Part shown: positions 11,965 through 25,130 of the stretch, one piece after another
How positions within the stretch are numbered: position 1 is the stretch's first letter
Layout of the letters: every line of letters begins with the position of its first letter
Source: Anolis carolinensis
Taxonomy: Eukaryota
DNA: 64,000 bases
NCBI RefSeq assembly: GCF_035594765.1
Contig: NC_085844.1
Span: forward strand, 255,684,812-255,748,811
Direction of reading: 5' to 3'
Position numbers and translations under genes: made by a program
Notes under the pieces: model-generated
What the model saw: the letters and a program-made list of their open reading frames with translations, nothing else
The model's database searches: none
What the model was told of the DNA's origin: nothing

Positions 11965-13749
11965 GTGTAGCCAACAAAACTGCTTGGAGCATCTCTTTAT
12001 TTATCTACTCACATATGCATGTTTTTGAACAGCTAGGTTGACAGGAGCTAGGGCTTGACAGAGGCTCACCCCATTTCGTGGATTCAAACTGTCAACCTTT
12101 AGGTCAGCAGTTCAGCAGCACAAGGGTTTAAATCATTGTGCCACTGCAGTATCAGCCAACAATGGGGCAAATTCTCTTGGAACATGATGGATTCTCCTCC
12201 ACTGCAGGTCTATGAACAGAGGTTGGGTGGCCTCTGCTCAGGAGTGTACTGTTCTGGCAGAGGGTGGGACTAGATGCTCCTTGGGGGCCCTCCAATTCCA
12301 TGATGTTGTGACACTACATTTCATTGACAGCAGGAGAGGACATGGACATTAGCCAAGGGGCAGGGGTTTTTTAACAACTGAGAAATGGGTGGGCAGCAAA
12401 GGAGAGGGAGTCGTAGTTCTGCAAGATCTTTAGCCTTTTCTGCCCAAGAGGGCAAACTACAACCCTCAGGATCCCATAGCATGGAGCCAGGGCAGTTAAA
12501 GTACTGTCGAAGTGCATTAATGCTACATTGTGAGTGTGCCGTCTGAGCCTTTTGCTATTTATCCTTTTGTCGTCAGGAAAAGACCTATTTGTCCCAGAAT
12601 GTTTGGGGGACCAGACTGGTTTACAAGGAAAGGCTAGTTTCCTCGTATGGTGCTGTATGGCTTTGATCCTTTGCTTTGAACCCCAGGGTCTGAAAGTCTA
12701 TCCAGTTCCACTCCATTCTGCAAACATCAAAGTCCTTCTACAATCTAGTTCCACTCCATTCTGCCAGGCAGAAGCACGCCATCAAAGCCCTTCTCTTTAA
12801 TGCCTATTTAAGCATGCTCTTTCACATGTTTCCAGCTCTGCCTCGTGCTCCTTTTGATTCCATTAGCCACTTTCAACCCCCAGCTTTACGGAGCAGATAG
12901 GGAATCACACCACAGAACAGAATATCCCGCTGGACTCGTGTCCAAAGAAGGGGAATCGAGGCTGAGGCCAACTCTTTGTGCAAAAGTGGCTATTTTGAGA
13001 AGACAGGCAGGCTCACAAGCCCTACGGAGAATGGTGCTGGACTGGAATGTCCAGCATTCTTCACCTTTGGCTGGGAGTTCATAGATGCTTGAAGTTGAAA
13101 GAGGCCTCCAAAGGCCCTCCAGTCCAAACCCTCTGTCAAGTAGGAAGACACTATCCATACTTTCCGCACCAACAGTCATGCCGCCCCTGCTTAAAGACCT
13201 CCAGAGAAGGAGACCCCAACAACCTCCCAGGCAGCAGCAGATTCCATTGTTAAATAGTTCTTGACCATCAGGAGGTTCTTCCTATGTTTAGGTAGAATCT
13301 CTTTTCCTGCTCTTTGAATCCATGTCTCCATTGTGTCCTGCTCTAACAGCAAAAATAACATTTAAAAAAACGATTGCCCTTCCCTCCTCAGTGGGACCTC
13401 CAATATTTAAACATGTTCCATCTCAGCCTTCTCTTCTCCATAAGCCACTCCTCAGAGGGATTCATGGCTTCCAAACCTTTGACCATTTTGGTTGCCCTTC
13501 TCTGGACCCCGTCCAGCTTAGAGTCCATCTCCACTTGTTTTGCCCAGAACTGGACACAGGATGATTCCAGGCAAAGATGTCACTGAATCATGGAATCATA
13601 AAGTTGGAAGAGATCACATGGGCCATCCAGTCCACCCTCCTTCTGCCCTGCAGGAAAAGCACCATCAAAGCACCCTTGACAGATGGAAATCCTCCAAGGA
13701 AAGAGCTTCCACCAGACACCGAGGCAGAGAATTCCTCTGTTAGACAACT

Positions 13750-14830
13750 CTTCTTATAGCCGAGTTCTTCAAACCTCCTTTCTTCTCATTGGAACCCATG
13801 GCTCCATTGAGTCCTAGTCTCCAGGGGAGCAGAAAGGAAGCCTGTTCTCTCTTCCTCGTCCCTTCAAATATTTAAACATGTTTCCAATGTCTCCTTCATT
13901 CAACCTTCTCTTCTGAGGCTAAACAGACCCAGGTCTTTAAGACACTCCTCAGAGACGCATGGTCTCCAGACGATTGATCCTTTTAGTCGCCCTTCTCTGG
14001 ACCTCTTCCAGCTTAGAGTCAACATCCCTCTTTAAGTTGTGCGGCCCAGGATTGGACACAGGGTTATTATTCCAGGTGAAAAGGTCTGGCCAAAGCAGAA
14101 GGAAGGGCACCACGACTTCCCTTGATCTGGACACTAGACTCCTTTGGTTGCAGCCAAAATCCCATTGGATGGATCGTCTTGTGGGCTCATGTTCAACTTG
14201 TTGTCCACTAAAACTCCAAGGTCTTTCCCCCATGTAACTCTGTTGTTGAGTCAGGACTCACCCATCCTGCATCTGTGCATTTCGTTTTTTTCTGCCTAAA
14301 TGTAGTATCTTACAATTCTTCTCATTTACCTTCATTTTGTTAGTTTTGGCCAAGCAGCTCTGTAATCTGTTGAGGTCATTGTGATGTCTGATCCTATCTT
14401 CTGGAGTATTTGCTATCTCTCCCAATTTGGTGTCATCTGCAAACCCGATAAGTAGGACCTCTAAACCATCAGCCCAAAGGTCAGCACAAAGCAGAACAGA
14501 ATGGGACTATGACTTCCCTTGATCTCAACGCCCTACTTCTCTCGATGCAGCCTAGAATCACATGGGCTCTTTTAGCTGCCGCATTACATTCCAGACTCAT
14601 GTTCAGCTTGTAAGACTTCCAGATCTCTTTTATATAGACTGTTTCTAAGCCAGGGGTCACCCATCGTATAGCACTATATTTCATTTTTATTGCCAAAGTG
14701 GAGCACTGCACATTTCTCCCTCTTGAAATTCATGATTGTTTTGTTCCGGCTCACTCATCTGCTCGGGTCATTTTGGACCCTGGTCCTGCCCTTTGGGGCA
14801 CTGGCCCTTCCTCCCAATCTGGGCTCACCT
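13750..14830 (-). mobile_element. Degenerate CR1 LINE fragments
   Basis: [13 protein letters not shown] and KLEEVQRRATKRI CR1 ORF2 C-terminal motifs, heavily disrupted. Confidence 0.7.
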
Positions 14831-16145
14831 GCACATGGTCTCACGGCACCACCTTTGCCTTGGTGCTGATGCCTTTGGGCCTCATCGCTCCTCTTCTGGA
14901 ATCAATTCCAGCCCTGGCTCAAGAGAAGCGAGGGGCAGAACTGCATTTCCAGCCAGGGAACCGTTTGTAATATCTTCTCTGCACACAAATAATAGGAGAC
15001 ATCCAGAAGTAGGCCACGGACCTTGAAGCAAAAGCCAAGGCCCTCCCCTCCAAAACCTCTCGGCCCTTTCAAAATCCTGCCTCCCCGGAATGGGTTTGCA
15101 AAACAATGTTAAAAAGGAAGGGCATGGCCTGATATGAGGGGAATTCCCAACCAAAAGCAGAGTGGACTGGAGGAACTGCCTTTGCACTTGTCCTTAGGTT
15201 TGCAACCAGCCACCCACGAAGAAGCTCAAAGTTCTGCAGAGCTCAGACTTCTGCAAGGAAAAGGAATGCAGGATTTCAGACAGAATTTCCTGAGAACATT
15301 AGAGGAGGTTCTGATCACAGCTCAAGCCTGGTCCTCAGGAGGTGGAAAGTGAAGCTCTATCTGCCAGGTTGAATACTTTGGCTGGCCGGAGGCCCCCACG
15401 TCCAGCTCCCTTGTGCCAACACAGGCACCTACTGCTGAGGATCTCTGTGAGGAAGGGGGGGGGGCTTCTGTCCCATTTCCTATCCCATCTCCTTGGATGG
15501 GGGCTGTAGGGGAGAACTCCTTGCCAGGGGCCCCTCAAGGCAGCCACACTGACATCAGCTGCCAAGCATAAGGAACCCCTTCCAAGGAACCAGGGCACAT
15601 TCAGCCCCAGCGCAGCTTCAGTTCCACGGGCCCGCTAATCTTGTGCTTCTAATTTATCTGATTGAGTGTTTCCTCCCAGTCTTAGTAGACCACAAGCTGA
15701 ATGTGAATTCACTGTGATGCCGTAGCGAAAAAAGCCAATTGGATTTTTGCCTGCATCAGTAGGAGTCTAGTGTCCAGATGGGGGAAGTCATGGCCAGACC
15801 TCACCTGGAATACTTCTGTATCTAGTTCTGGGGAAAACAATTCAAGAAGGAGGTGGATAGGAGAGGGGTCTGGAAGCAGCCCGATGAGGGATCCCACCAG
15901 AACATTAAGAACTTCCTGATGGACAAAGCTGTTGGGCAGTGCAAGCTGCTTCAGCCTGAGTCCAGTGGAGTCTCCTTCTCTAGAGGTGTTTAAACAGAGG
16001 CTGTTTGGCAGATTGGGGTTGGACTGGGTGGCCCTTGGGGGTAACTTACATCTCTAGGGTTCTGGGACTCAAATGGGGAATGGGCTCCCAGCCCAATGCA
16101 GAACCTGAGTAACTCCTTTTCCTTCCCCTTTATTCCCTCTCCCAG

Positions 16146-16261
16146 TCCCCTCCCTGCAGACGCTCTGCCGGCTGGCCATCCAGAAGCACATTGTCCACCG
16201 CATGGCCATCGATGGGCTTGACCTTCCCCCGCTGCTCAAGAACATCTGCAAGTATGAGTGA
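16146..16261 (+). CDS. NEURL2: NEURL2 coding exon 2 (SOCS box); 273 aa in total
   Basis: Acceptor ctctcccag|; FPSLQTLCRLAIQKHIVHRMAIDGLDLPPLLKNICKYE*; phase matches exon 1; AATAAA at 16634-16639. Confidence 0.95.
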
Positions 16262-17919
16262 AGAGGCCAGAGCACTGTGCCTGCGGGCAGGAATCAGCCA
16301 GGATGGGACTCATCTGATTCAGGCCTCATGACAGCAACTAAACAAGGAAGAAGCCGAGCTCCGATTGGGTTTCATCAACGGACGATCTAAAGGAACAAGG
16401 CAGCCATCTTCGTTATGCAATACCCTCTGCACAAAGCCTGGCAAAAATACTTGGAGATACAAGTGGGTTCCAAATGGAGGAGGATTTTATCCCTCACATT
16501 GTAAAATGTCCCAGAGGTTTCCAGAGGGGAGCATCAAAGCAGAAGAACTGCATAGTCTCCAGTCGCTTAAAGGAAAAAACCCATCATGGAGGGTGTGGGT
16601 GTGGTAAGGCACACCCTGTAAATAGCAGGATTTAATAAAAGTGATTTCAGAAAGAGCAAAGTCATCTCCTTCCTGCATCAATGTCTGCTCCCATCCCTTT
16701 TCCCTGTGGCTACTGAGCAGAGGGTTAGCAGATGAGAGCTGATTGACAGGAGGACTGCAGAAGACTACACTTAGGCAGATCTAGAATGGGAGTCACCTGG
16801 TTTGGCAACAGTACACATGAAAGGGAGCTTGGAGTCTTAGTAGACCACAAGCTGAAGAGGAGTCCACACTTGGGCTGCATCAATAGGAGGATAATGCCCA
16901 GATCAAGGAAAGTCATAGTCTCACTCTCATTTTGCTCAGAACTCACCTGGAATAACATCCCTGTGTGAGTTCTGGGCAAAGCAAGTCAAGGAGGAGATGG
17001 ATAAGATGGAAGGGTCCAGAGAAGAGCCACCAAATGGCCAAAGGTTCAGAAGCCAAGGCCTATGAGGGAGGGCTTAAAGAGCTGGGTATGTTTAGCTCAG
17101 AGAAGAGGGGGTTGAGAGGGATATGCGAGCCATGTTTAAATATTTGAAACAAAGCCACACTGAGGAAGGGTTGTATGGCACCATCATGTGCTATGGGAGA
17201 TGGGAGACGGTGGTGGGCATAAAATATATTATTATCATAATTATTGGGAAAGCTTGTTTCCCCAGAGACAAGGGCACAATAGAGTGAAGTAGTGGTTCTC
17301 AACCTGTGGTCCCCAGATGTTTTGGCCTTCAACTCCCAGAAACCCTAACAGCTGGGAAACTGGCTGGGATTTCTGGGAGTTGTAGGCCAAAACACCTGGG
17401 GAAAGACCCACAGGTTGAGAACCACTGGAGAAAAGGGTTCAAACGGCAGGAAAAAGACATTCTACCTCAACATTTGGAAGAAGTTCCTGATGGTCAGAGC
17501 ACTTTGGCCATGGAATACGCTGCTTCCTGGGAGTCTAGTGGAGTCTCCTTCACTGGTTTTTTTTTAAGCAGAAGATGGGTGGCCACCTGTCCTTTGATAT
17601 CATGTTTTCCTGCCTGTCAGACCGGGGTGGGTTGGGGGGGGGGGTTGTACCTCATGACCCTTGGGGTTTCTTCCAACTCCACATGGGAGTTGATGGGTTT
17701 CTATATGACAGAGGCGGCAGCCCAGGTGGATGAGCAGATGGAGTAAGACCCAGAGGTCACACAGGAGGAGTACCTGGGCCAATCCACGCTCACGGATAGA
17801 GAAAGCTTGGCAACCTGAACCATCTCCGCTAGAACCTGTCGGAAACAAAGGCTCCCTGAGTGCGAAGAGCCAGGCGAGTGCCAGGACCTGGGCAGAGAGG
17901 GGCAAGGCAGTGGCTGCCT

Positions 17920-17957
17920 ATTGGCCCTGTGTGACGTAAGGGTCCAGCCCTGTGACG
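17920..17957 (+). promoter_or_regulatory. SPATA25 promoter: inverted CCAAT and CRE-like sites
   Basis: ATTGG 17920-17924, TGACGTAA 17932-17939, TGACG 17953-17957, about 85-120 bp before the ATG. Confidence 0.5.
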
Positions 17958-18040
17958 CTGGTTCTAGAATGAGGGAGGGGGCCCTCAAGGCTGGGACTGC
18001 AGGGCTCTGCAGCCGCCCTGGCCAGGCTGCAGATGTCACC

Positions 18041-18098
18041 ATGTCCTATTATGGGATGGGGAAAGCTCCCTCGGGCTTCTTCTCACTCTTCCACCAAG
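18041..18098 (+). CDS. SPATA25: SPATA25 coding exon 1
   Basis: gtcaccATG Kozak context, MSYYGMGKAPSGFFSLFHQG, donor AAG|GTAAGG in phase 1, in frame with exon 2. Confidence 0.75.
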
Positions 18099-19304
18099 GT
18101 AAGGCCTCCCTCCTCCTCCCTTTCCACAGGTAAGGCCTTCTGGGTGGCAGGTGTTTTCTGGCTCAGAAGCCTAGGACTGGCTGCCCCTGGGATCAGACCC
18201 AAAGGAGAACATAAAAGATGTTTTAAAATGTTTAAAAATTGTGAGATTTTAGCCTGTTCTTGTAAGCCGCCCCGAGCCCTAGGGGAGTGGCGGCATATAA
18301 GTTTGAACAATAAATAAATAAATAAAAATAATGCCACACAGAGACACCTCCTTGATGAACCAGAACTGTACTGGGTCTCATTTCTCTGCCTCAGGCTTTA
18401 GGTGAATGACAGGCAAGAAACACAGAGACCCCACCTTTCTTCTGGTCCCATGCAGTGGAAGACTCTGCTCCGGCCACCTCTTGCTTCCCTGCCAACTCCT
18501 CCCATATCTTAGTGGGAAACTAAGACCATCCTGCCTTGATGTCCCCCATGGGGCAGAAAACCAAAGGAACAAGTGCTCCTCCTGTACCCCTGACCATTCA
18601 TTGTCCCCACTTCCCCGAAGGAGATGCCTTGCAGCCATTCAGAGGTCTGTGGCTTTTTGCAGCAGGCCTTGCTCTGGGTTCACTTCCTCACTGCCCCCCA
18701 GGGCAGAAGGCAGGGCAGCGGGTGAGGAAGGCAGCTCTTGGAAGTCTGGGGTTGGCGGTGGGAAGGAGGAAGCCAACGGGATGAAGGTGAGTGGGCACAG
18801 CTCCCTCCAGCGGCAGCACAATTCCCTGCAGAGCAAAGAACTAGCAAAATGTGTGGGCAATGGCTCCCGAGGGGTAGCAAGGCCCCAGTCACGCTGGCCT
18901 AAGGGCTGGGCCCCACTCTAGTCCACGTTCCTGCATGTCCACTGAGCCACACTGCCCTTTCCATCCTGGTCCCCTAGGGAAGAACACTGGGGGAAGTGGT
19001 GGACTCTCCTACTCTGGAGATCTTTAAATATAAGCTGGACGGCCATCTGTCAGTAGGGTTCTGATAGTATCCTCCAGAATGGCAGAAGGGGGTTGGGCTG
19101 GGTAACCTCTAGGATTCCTTCTACCTTCAGATTTATTACTATTAATAATACCAACAACAACAATAAATAATCTTTATTTATACCCCGCCACCATCTTCCC
19201 GAAGGGACTCAGAGTGGCTCACAGAAGCACTCCAAGTGCCACATATAAACAAAGGGATTCCATGCTCTGGCTGATGTTCTAACCCTCCCTCACCCTTTGT
19301 GCAG

Positions 19305-20065
19305 GGGAACGCAGCAGCAGCAGCGGAGAGAGCACAGTGGCCCCCAGGAGCCAGTCAAGCCTTTGTCCCGAGAGGGCCAGGGAAGGGCCTGCTCCGGCCA
19401 GGATCTCCTCCGTGACGGGCTTCTTGCGAAGGAAACTGCAAGCCAAGTGGGAAGCCCCGCTCCCTCCCAGAGCCACCCAGCTGCCCCTGGAGCCAGACCC
19501 AAGCCCACCTCGTGGGGGAGACCCAGCAGGCACTTCCAATGGGCCGTGGGAGCCACGCCACTTCCTTGGCCTGTGTGCCAGGGCCCCCCCGCAGGGACTG
19601 CCCCCCCAGGAATGCCACCTGCCGCCCATGGAGCAGGCAGGGGACTGGTGGCTGTGCTTGCCCCCCGGCCAGCAGCCCAAGGACCGCAGCGCCAGCTCCG
19701 GCGGGGACTTTGCTCCGGCCCGGTGGGGCCTCTTGCCCAGAGGGGTATTTGTGATGCCAGCAACACTCAGCAAAGAGAGGGGGGCCCCGCCAGTCCTGCG
19801 ACTACCCCCCAACGTCTGCATCCTCACCCTGGCCATGATGATCGCGGGCATCCCCACTGTTCCTGTCCCTGGCGTCCGTGAGGAAGACATGATCCAGGCG
19901 GCGCAGTGCTTCATGGCAGAGCATCGGGAGCCAGAGGACGGGGCCCAGAGGAGGCCCTGGCCTGCCCTACAACGCTTGGGGGCCCCCAGCAAGAGGGAGA
20001 GACAGAGGAAAAGGGCAGCCCACCGGGGCCTCCTGCCACTCTTTCTAGCACAGCTAGAGAAGTAG
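19305..20065 (+). CDS. SPATA25: SPATA25 coding exon 2; 272 aa in total
   Basis: CILTLAMMIAGIPTVPVPGVREEDMIQAAQCFMAE signature; acceptor ctttgtgcag|; syntenic position between NEURL2 and ZSWIM1. Confidence 0.92.
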
Positions 20066-21042
20066 AAATGAGGGCCAGCAAGAGGCTCTTCATTGTGTAC
20101 TGAGAAACATAAAGGGTTTCCAAATGTGAGGGATCTCGTTCTTCTTTGCTCGTTTTCCTGGTTCTGTGACCAAGCTATTGCCCTGATGCACCCACTCTTA
20201 AAAAACCAAGCGAAACCCAAACAGCTGGCAGAAGCCCCGACAGCCTGGCCCATTCTTGCAATTCCATAAGAGTCACACAGTCATGTGCTTTGGCAGAGGG
20301 TGCAAAATATGGCCTTTCCCTCTTCCCACAATAAATCCCTTTCAGCACCTGTGGCACTAGCCTGAGCCGGAAGCAAAGCCCCCACATGTGCATGTGCCCA
20401 CACGCACCTGCCCCTTATCCAACAGGTTTAGCTTGGTCTTTGGCTTCATGCATGCCACAAAAGCAATGCCTCTCTTCTGCTGGTCCTGGCATGGGCCAGC
20501 TGCCAAGGCAGGAGCCTGCCACACTGCTCTTGCACTTGGTTCTAAAAGCCACTCCACCCTCTTCTCTAAGTTACAACGCAACAACAATTCAAGGCTGACG
20601 TATCGAGGAGTGACCAATTTATTAAGAGCCAAAGGAAGAAATAGTCATTGTGTTGGAAGGTGGCTTCCACTTCAAGAATAACAGAAAGAGATGAGGGAGT
20701 AGGTGGAAGAGGGATGAAACAGGAATGCCAGGCCACTCTCTACATCTGGGTGCCTGACACCCGACTGAAGGGAGCTAAGGTGCACCAATTCTGTTGGCAT
20801 TATTGTATGGGGAGTTTGGGCTCAGGCCTCAGAACACCCAAACCCACTGACCGCAGTTAAGGGCAGATATTCTCTGCAGCCATGTGCCTCCACAACACTC
20901 TCAACAAAGCAGGGGACCCACAGTGCCACAACTCTTCCCAGCACCTTTCTGGCACTTCTATGGGGCGCCACGGGCAGGGACACTCCTACTTATGGGGGAA
21001 GAAACTGGGGCAGAAGGGCCCCCTCCCTTGCCTGGGCCTCCG

Positions 21043-22560
21043 CTATAATTTCACCTGCACATAAGGTCCAATCCAGCTGTCGGCCAGCTCACGGAGGGTG
21101 TTGTATCTGCGGTCAAACTCCTCACGGCTGCATTGACCCAACAGTCGGCTGATCTCCGCAGTCAGGAACGACACAGCCAGATACTTGTCCAGCAGCCCAT
21201 CCCACGGGCTCCTGAGGATTTCTAAGAGCCCCTCTGCACCATTCTCTTCCGGCTGGGAAGCCTCATGCCCTTTGTGCCACTGAGCATGGATCCCCTCGGG
21301 CTCCAACTCTTTCCCTTCTGAGTTCAGCATGGCCAAGATGTGCCTGCAAGGCAGCTGGAACATTTGGCTAAAGTGGCAATCGCAGGAAGAGCTCAGGCGC
21401 CGGTGGCGCACCGTCTGGGCGTCTTCCAGGACCTGGACATTCACCACGTCCTCATCAGTCCCCATCAGCTGCACAGAGCTCTGGACCACTGCAAGCTCAT
21501 TCAAGCACAGCCTGGCTGCCGGCTCTGTGCAGATATCTGCCAAGGACTGCCGGAGGGCTAAGTCTGTCACCTCGTCCTTGCTAGCTGCATCGTCGGGAGA
21601 GACCGTTCCATTTGCCCTCGCAGTACTTTCCTGCTGTGTTGCTGGAGGAGAGTCCTGGGGAAGTAGAGCCCCCGGAGAGTTCTCAGTCGTGGAGCTAACT
21701 GCCAAGGCGCTGTGGCAGGGAGAGCTGTTCTGACTGAGAAGGGGGGCTGGACTGGGGGAAGCCTCCATGGATTTCCCTAGGACGCGCTCGTGGTAATTCT
21801 TGGCGATGTTGATGATGCCGGTCTCCAGGGAGGGCCCCATGCAGAAGACCTGGCTCAGGATGCGCGTGACCACCTCCAGGTCTTTGAAATACTGGCTGCA
21901 TTCTCGCCAAGTCCTCCAGCGGTGGAAGGCCCAGATCTTGTCATTGAGCAGCCAGTCTCTATGAATCTGGGGCAAGAAGTTTGGCTTGACAAAGTCACTC
22001 AGGATGGTGTGCATCTTCCCCAGGTTGCTCTTGCTGGGGGCACACATTGCATTCCGCAGGGCGCTCAAGATCAGCCTCTCCGTGTGGAACTCCAGGGAGA
22101 CCTGGTGGATCTTGTGCTGGAAGTGTTTGCATATGTGGAATACAGACAGCTGGACGTCGGCCGAGGGGAATGCCTCCAACAGGGTCGGCCCCAACCGGAA
22201 TCGTGGATCCACCAGGAAAGTCTTGATCTGCTTCCACTCCGGGTTGAAGATCTTGAAGGTACGGCACATCTGGGCAAGCCCTTCGGCCGACTCCTTGGTG
22301 GGGATTGCGAAGTGGATCACTTTGGTCATTTCTCCCTTTAGCTTCAGGAAGGGCTTGTCCACGATGAATGTGTAGAGGGCTTTGCCCCAGGGGTTGTGGG
22401 TGCGGTGAATCAGCACAACCTCCGGGTTATTCAGGAAAACGTTCCTCATGAGCGGGGTCTGGAAGCTGAAGGATTCCAGCTGGTGATTTTTGTCCACCTG
22501 GTAAGACACCAGCAAGCCAGAGTTTATGCTCTGCAGCTCCCTCACGGCATCAAGGGCCAT
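21043..22560 (-). CDS. ZSWIM1: Zinc finger SWIM-type 1 (MULE-transposase-derived), single coding exon, 505 aa
   Basis: PEVVLIHRTHNPWGKALYTFIVD, SWIM CDCHFSQMFQLPCRH, C-terminal ELADSWIGPYVQVKL. Acceptor ctccttttag| opens the exon at 22675. Confidence 0.93.
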   Translation of the reverse strand: MALDAVRELQSINSGLLVSYQVDKNHQLESFSFQTPLMRNVFLNNPEVVLIHRTHNPWGKALYTFIVDKPFLKLKGEMTKVIHFAIPTKESAEGLAQMCRTFKIFNPEWKQIKTFLVDPRFRLGPTLLEAFPSADVQLSVFHICKHFQHKIHQVSLEFHTERLILSALRNAMCAPSKSNLGKMHTILSDFVKPNFLPQIHRDWLLNDKIWAFHRWRTWRECSQYFKDLEVVTRILSQVFCMGPSLETGIINIAKNYHERVLGKSMEASPSPAPLLSQNSSPCHSALAVSSTTENSPGALLPQDSPPATQQESTARANGTVSPDDAASKDEVTDLALRQSLADICTEPAARLCLNELAVVQSSVQLMGTDEDVVNVQVLEDAQTVRHRRLSSSCDCHFSQMFQLPCRHILAMLNSEGKELEPEGIHAQWHKGHEASQPEENGAEGLLEILRSPWDGLLDKYLAVSFLTAEISRLLGQCSREEFDRRYNTLRELADSWIGPYVQVKL

Positions 22561-24082
22561 GATTCCCAAACTCGGGTCTCACAATCACTCTCTTGTAGGA
22601 AAACCAGCCGGGGACACGGTTTGTGTTTGTCCTGTTGTTGCTGCCAGGTTCAGGGATCATTGCAGAGCAAAGGGTCTAAAAGGAGAGAAAAGCAGTTACA
22701 AATACAGTTTAACTGGCTGGCTGCTTTGTCTTGGGGTCTGTAGAACAAATGCAGGCGATACCACTTTAACTGCCACGGCTCAAGGTGGTACAATCATGGG
22801 AGCTGCTGTTCTTGAGCTTCTCTGATAAAGGGTGCTGGTGCCTCACCAAATGGCAACTCCAAGGGTCCTATAGCATTGAGCCACGTCAGTTAACGTTTGG
22901 CCAAACTGCATTCCCTTGACAATGCAGCGGTGCGCTGAGTGTGCAAGTGGCAGACAGAACACCCTTCACTGGTATTTTCCCACTTATGCAAAAGAAGGAA
23001 CACTTCTTTCAATAATTTATTCTGCCCATAACAATACAGGATGAAGAACTGTTCCATCTGCTCCAAACAAGCTCTTCAGTGTGTCTCTTAAAACCAACAA
23101 AATATTACATGGAAATGTATTTTACTTATTTCTATGAAATTAAAATTGCTGCTGCCTCCAAAGAGTTGCAAGTTCATACCCCCCCCAACCTTATTCATGG
23201 CCAACTTTGATTTTTCTTTTAAATGTAAGGCCCAGGAAGCAGAGAAGACAATATAAAGGGAGGAAAGACAAGATCAACAATGGGCGGTGCTCTAAAGCAA
23301 CACAATGGGACGACTTGCATAACCAGTTACAAATCTGTACTAAAGCATCCTCAGATCAGATCTTGCCACCTACCGGGAGTTTATGAAAGGAAAGGAAATA
23401 AGCCTTTCTGTTGTTACTGATATAGGGTTTGGAATTAGAAACTCTTTCTAATTTATTATAAGTCAGTGGGTGATCTACTAATAGATCCTGATCAATTCCT
23501 GCCCTAAAACTATACTCTGATGCTCCAACTAGACTCCCCCCCCCCCCCCCCCCGGTATTACAAAGATTACATATGTTGGGGTTAGTTTCTTTTTTTTTTT
23601 AAGATACTATAATAATATTTTTAATTTTATTTCTTACCTGCCTTTCCTTGTGGCTCGAGGCAGGTTATGAGAATAATTAAAATACATAAATCTTGTAAAA
23701 ATACCACTATATTAAAATGTATTTCTATAAAACACATGTTAAAATACACAAAACAGAGATTAAACAAAGGAATAGTAAAAACTGATTTTTTTAATTAGAA
23801 TATAATTTTTGTTACATCAAACAGCACTAAGGGAATACAGAACACCAGCACACTAGTTGACAACAGGAAAAAAGAAATAAAACATTGACCTGCTCATAAA
23901 CACCAAACTCGGGTTAAATGTAACCTCCAAGGATGCATCTACTACACTGTGGAATCACTGCTGTTTGGAATCTCTTTAACTCCCACGGCACAATGGTCTG
24001 GGATCCTGAGAGGTGTAGTTTCAGGAGGCACTATTTGGTGAGGAGATTAAAGGCATTGAAAAACTCCAGCTCCCAGGACTCC

Positions 24083-25130
24083 ATAGTATTGAAGAAACTA
24101 GAAGGAGTCATTTCAAAACCACTGGCAATAATCTTTGAGGATTCTTGGAGAACAGGAGAAGTCCTAGCAGACTGGAGGAGGGTAAATGTTGTCCCAATCT
24201 TCAAAAAAGGAAAAAAGAGGACCCAAACAATGATCGTCCAGTCAGCCTGACCTCAATAACAGAAAATATTCTGGAGCAGATCATGAAGAAGGCAGTCTGC
24301 AATCACTTAGAAAGGAATGCTGTGATTACTAAAAGTCAACATAGATTTCTCAAAAACAAGTCATGCTAGACTCATCTCTTTTTCCAACAGTTACAAGCTT
24401 GGTAGATTCAGGGAACACTGTGGATGCAGCATATCTTGATTTCAGGAAGGACTTCAATAGAGTCCCCCATGATCTTCTTGCAAGCAAACTAGTCAAATGT
24501 GGGCTAGGCAATGCTACTATTAGATGGATTTGTAACTGGCGTAGTGACCAAACCCAAAGGGAGCTTCTCCACAATGGTTCCTCTTCTTCATCCTGGAAAG
24601 ACATGACTAGTGGGGTGCCATGAAGAGGCTTCAGTTCTGGGCCTAGTTCTGTTTAACATTTTTATTAATAACTTGGATGATGGTTTAGAGGGCAGGGAGA
24701 TCAAGTCTGCAGACAGGACCAAATGGAGAGGGAGAGCTAATACTCCAGAGGACAGGATCAGAATGCAAAATGACTTTAACAGATTACAGAGCTGATGGGC
24801 CAAAACTAACACAATGAATCTCAATAAGGTCAAATGGAAGATACTACACTTAGGCAGAAAAAATGAAAGGCAAAGATAAGGATAGGAAATCCCTGGCTCA
24901 ACAGCAGGACATGTGGAAAAGATCTTGGGAGTCCTCGTGGACAGGAAGGTGAACATGAGGCAACAGTGTGATGCTGCAGCTCAAAAATCCAATGGGATTT
25001 TGGGCTGCATCAAAAGGAGTCTAGTGTCCAGATCGAGGGAAGTCATGATGTCTCTCTATTCTGCTTTGGTTACACCTCACCTGAAATATTGTGCCCAATT
25101 CTGGGCATCACAATTCAAGAGAAATAATGA
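24083..25130 (+). mobile_element. CR1 LINE ORF2 fragment
   Basis: ISKPLAIIFEDSWRTGEV.ADWRRVNVVPIFKKGKK, RPVSLTS, YLDF.K.F..VPH and LFNIFIN, with stops and frameshifts. Confidence 0.9.

Noticed and set aside
19279-20253. 324-aa antisense ORF over SPATA25, and similar shadow ORFs over ZSWIM1/3 and SNX21
   Set aside because: GC-rich shadows of real coding sequence with no recognisable motifs.
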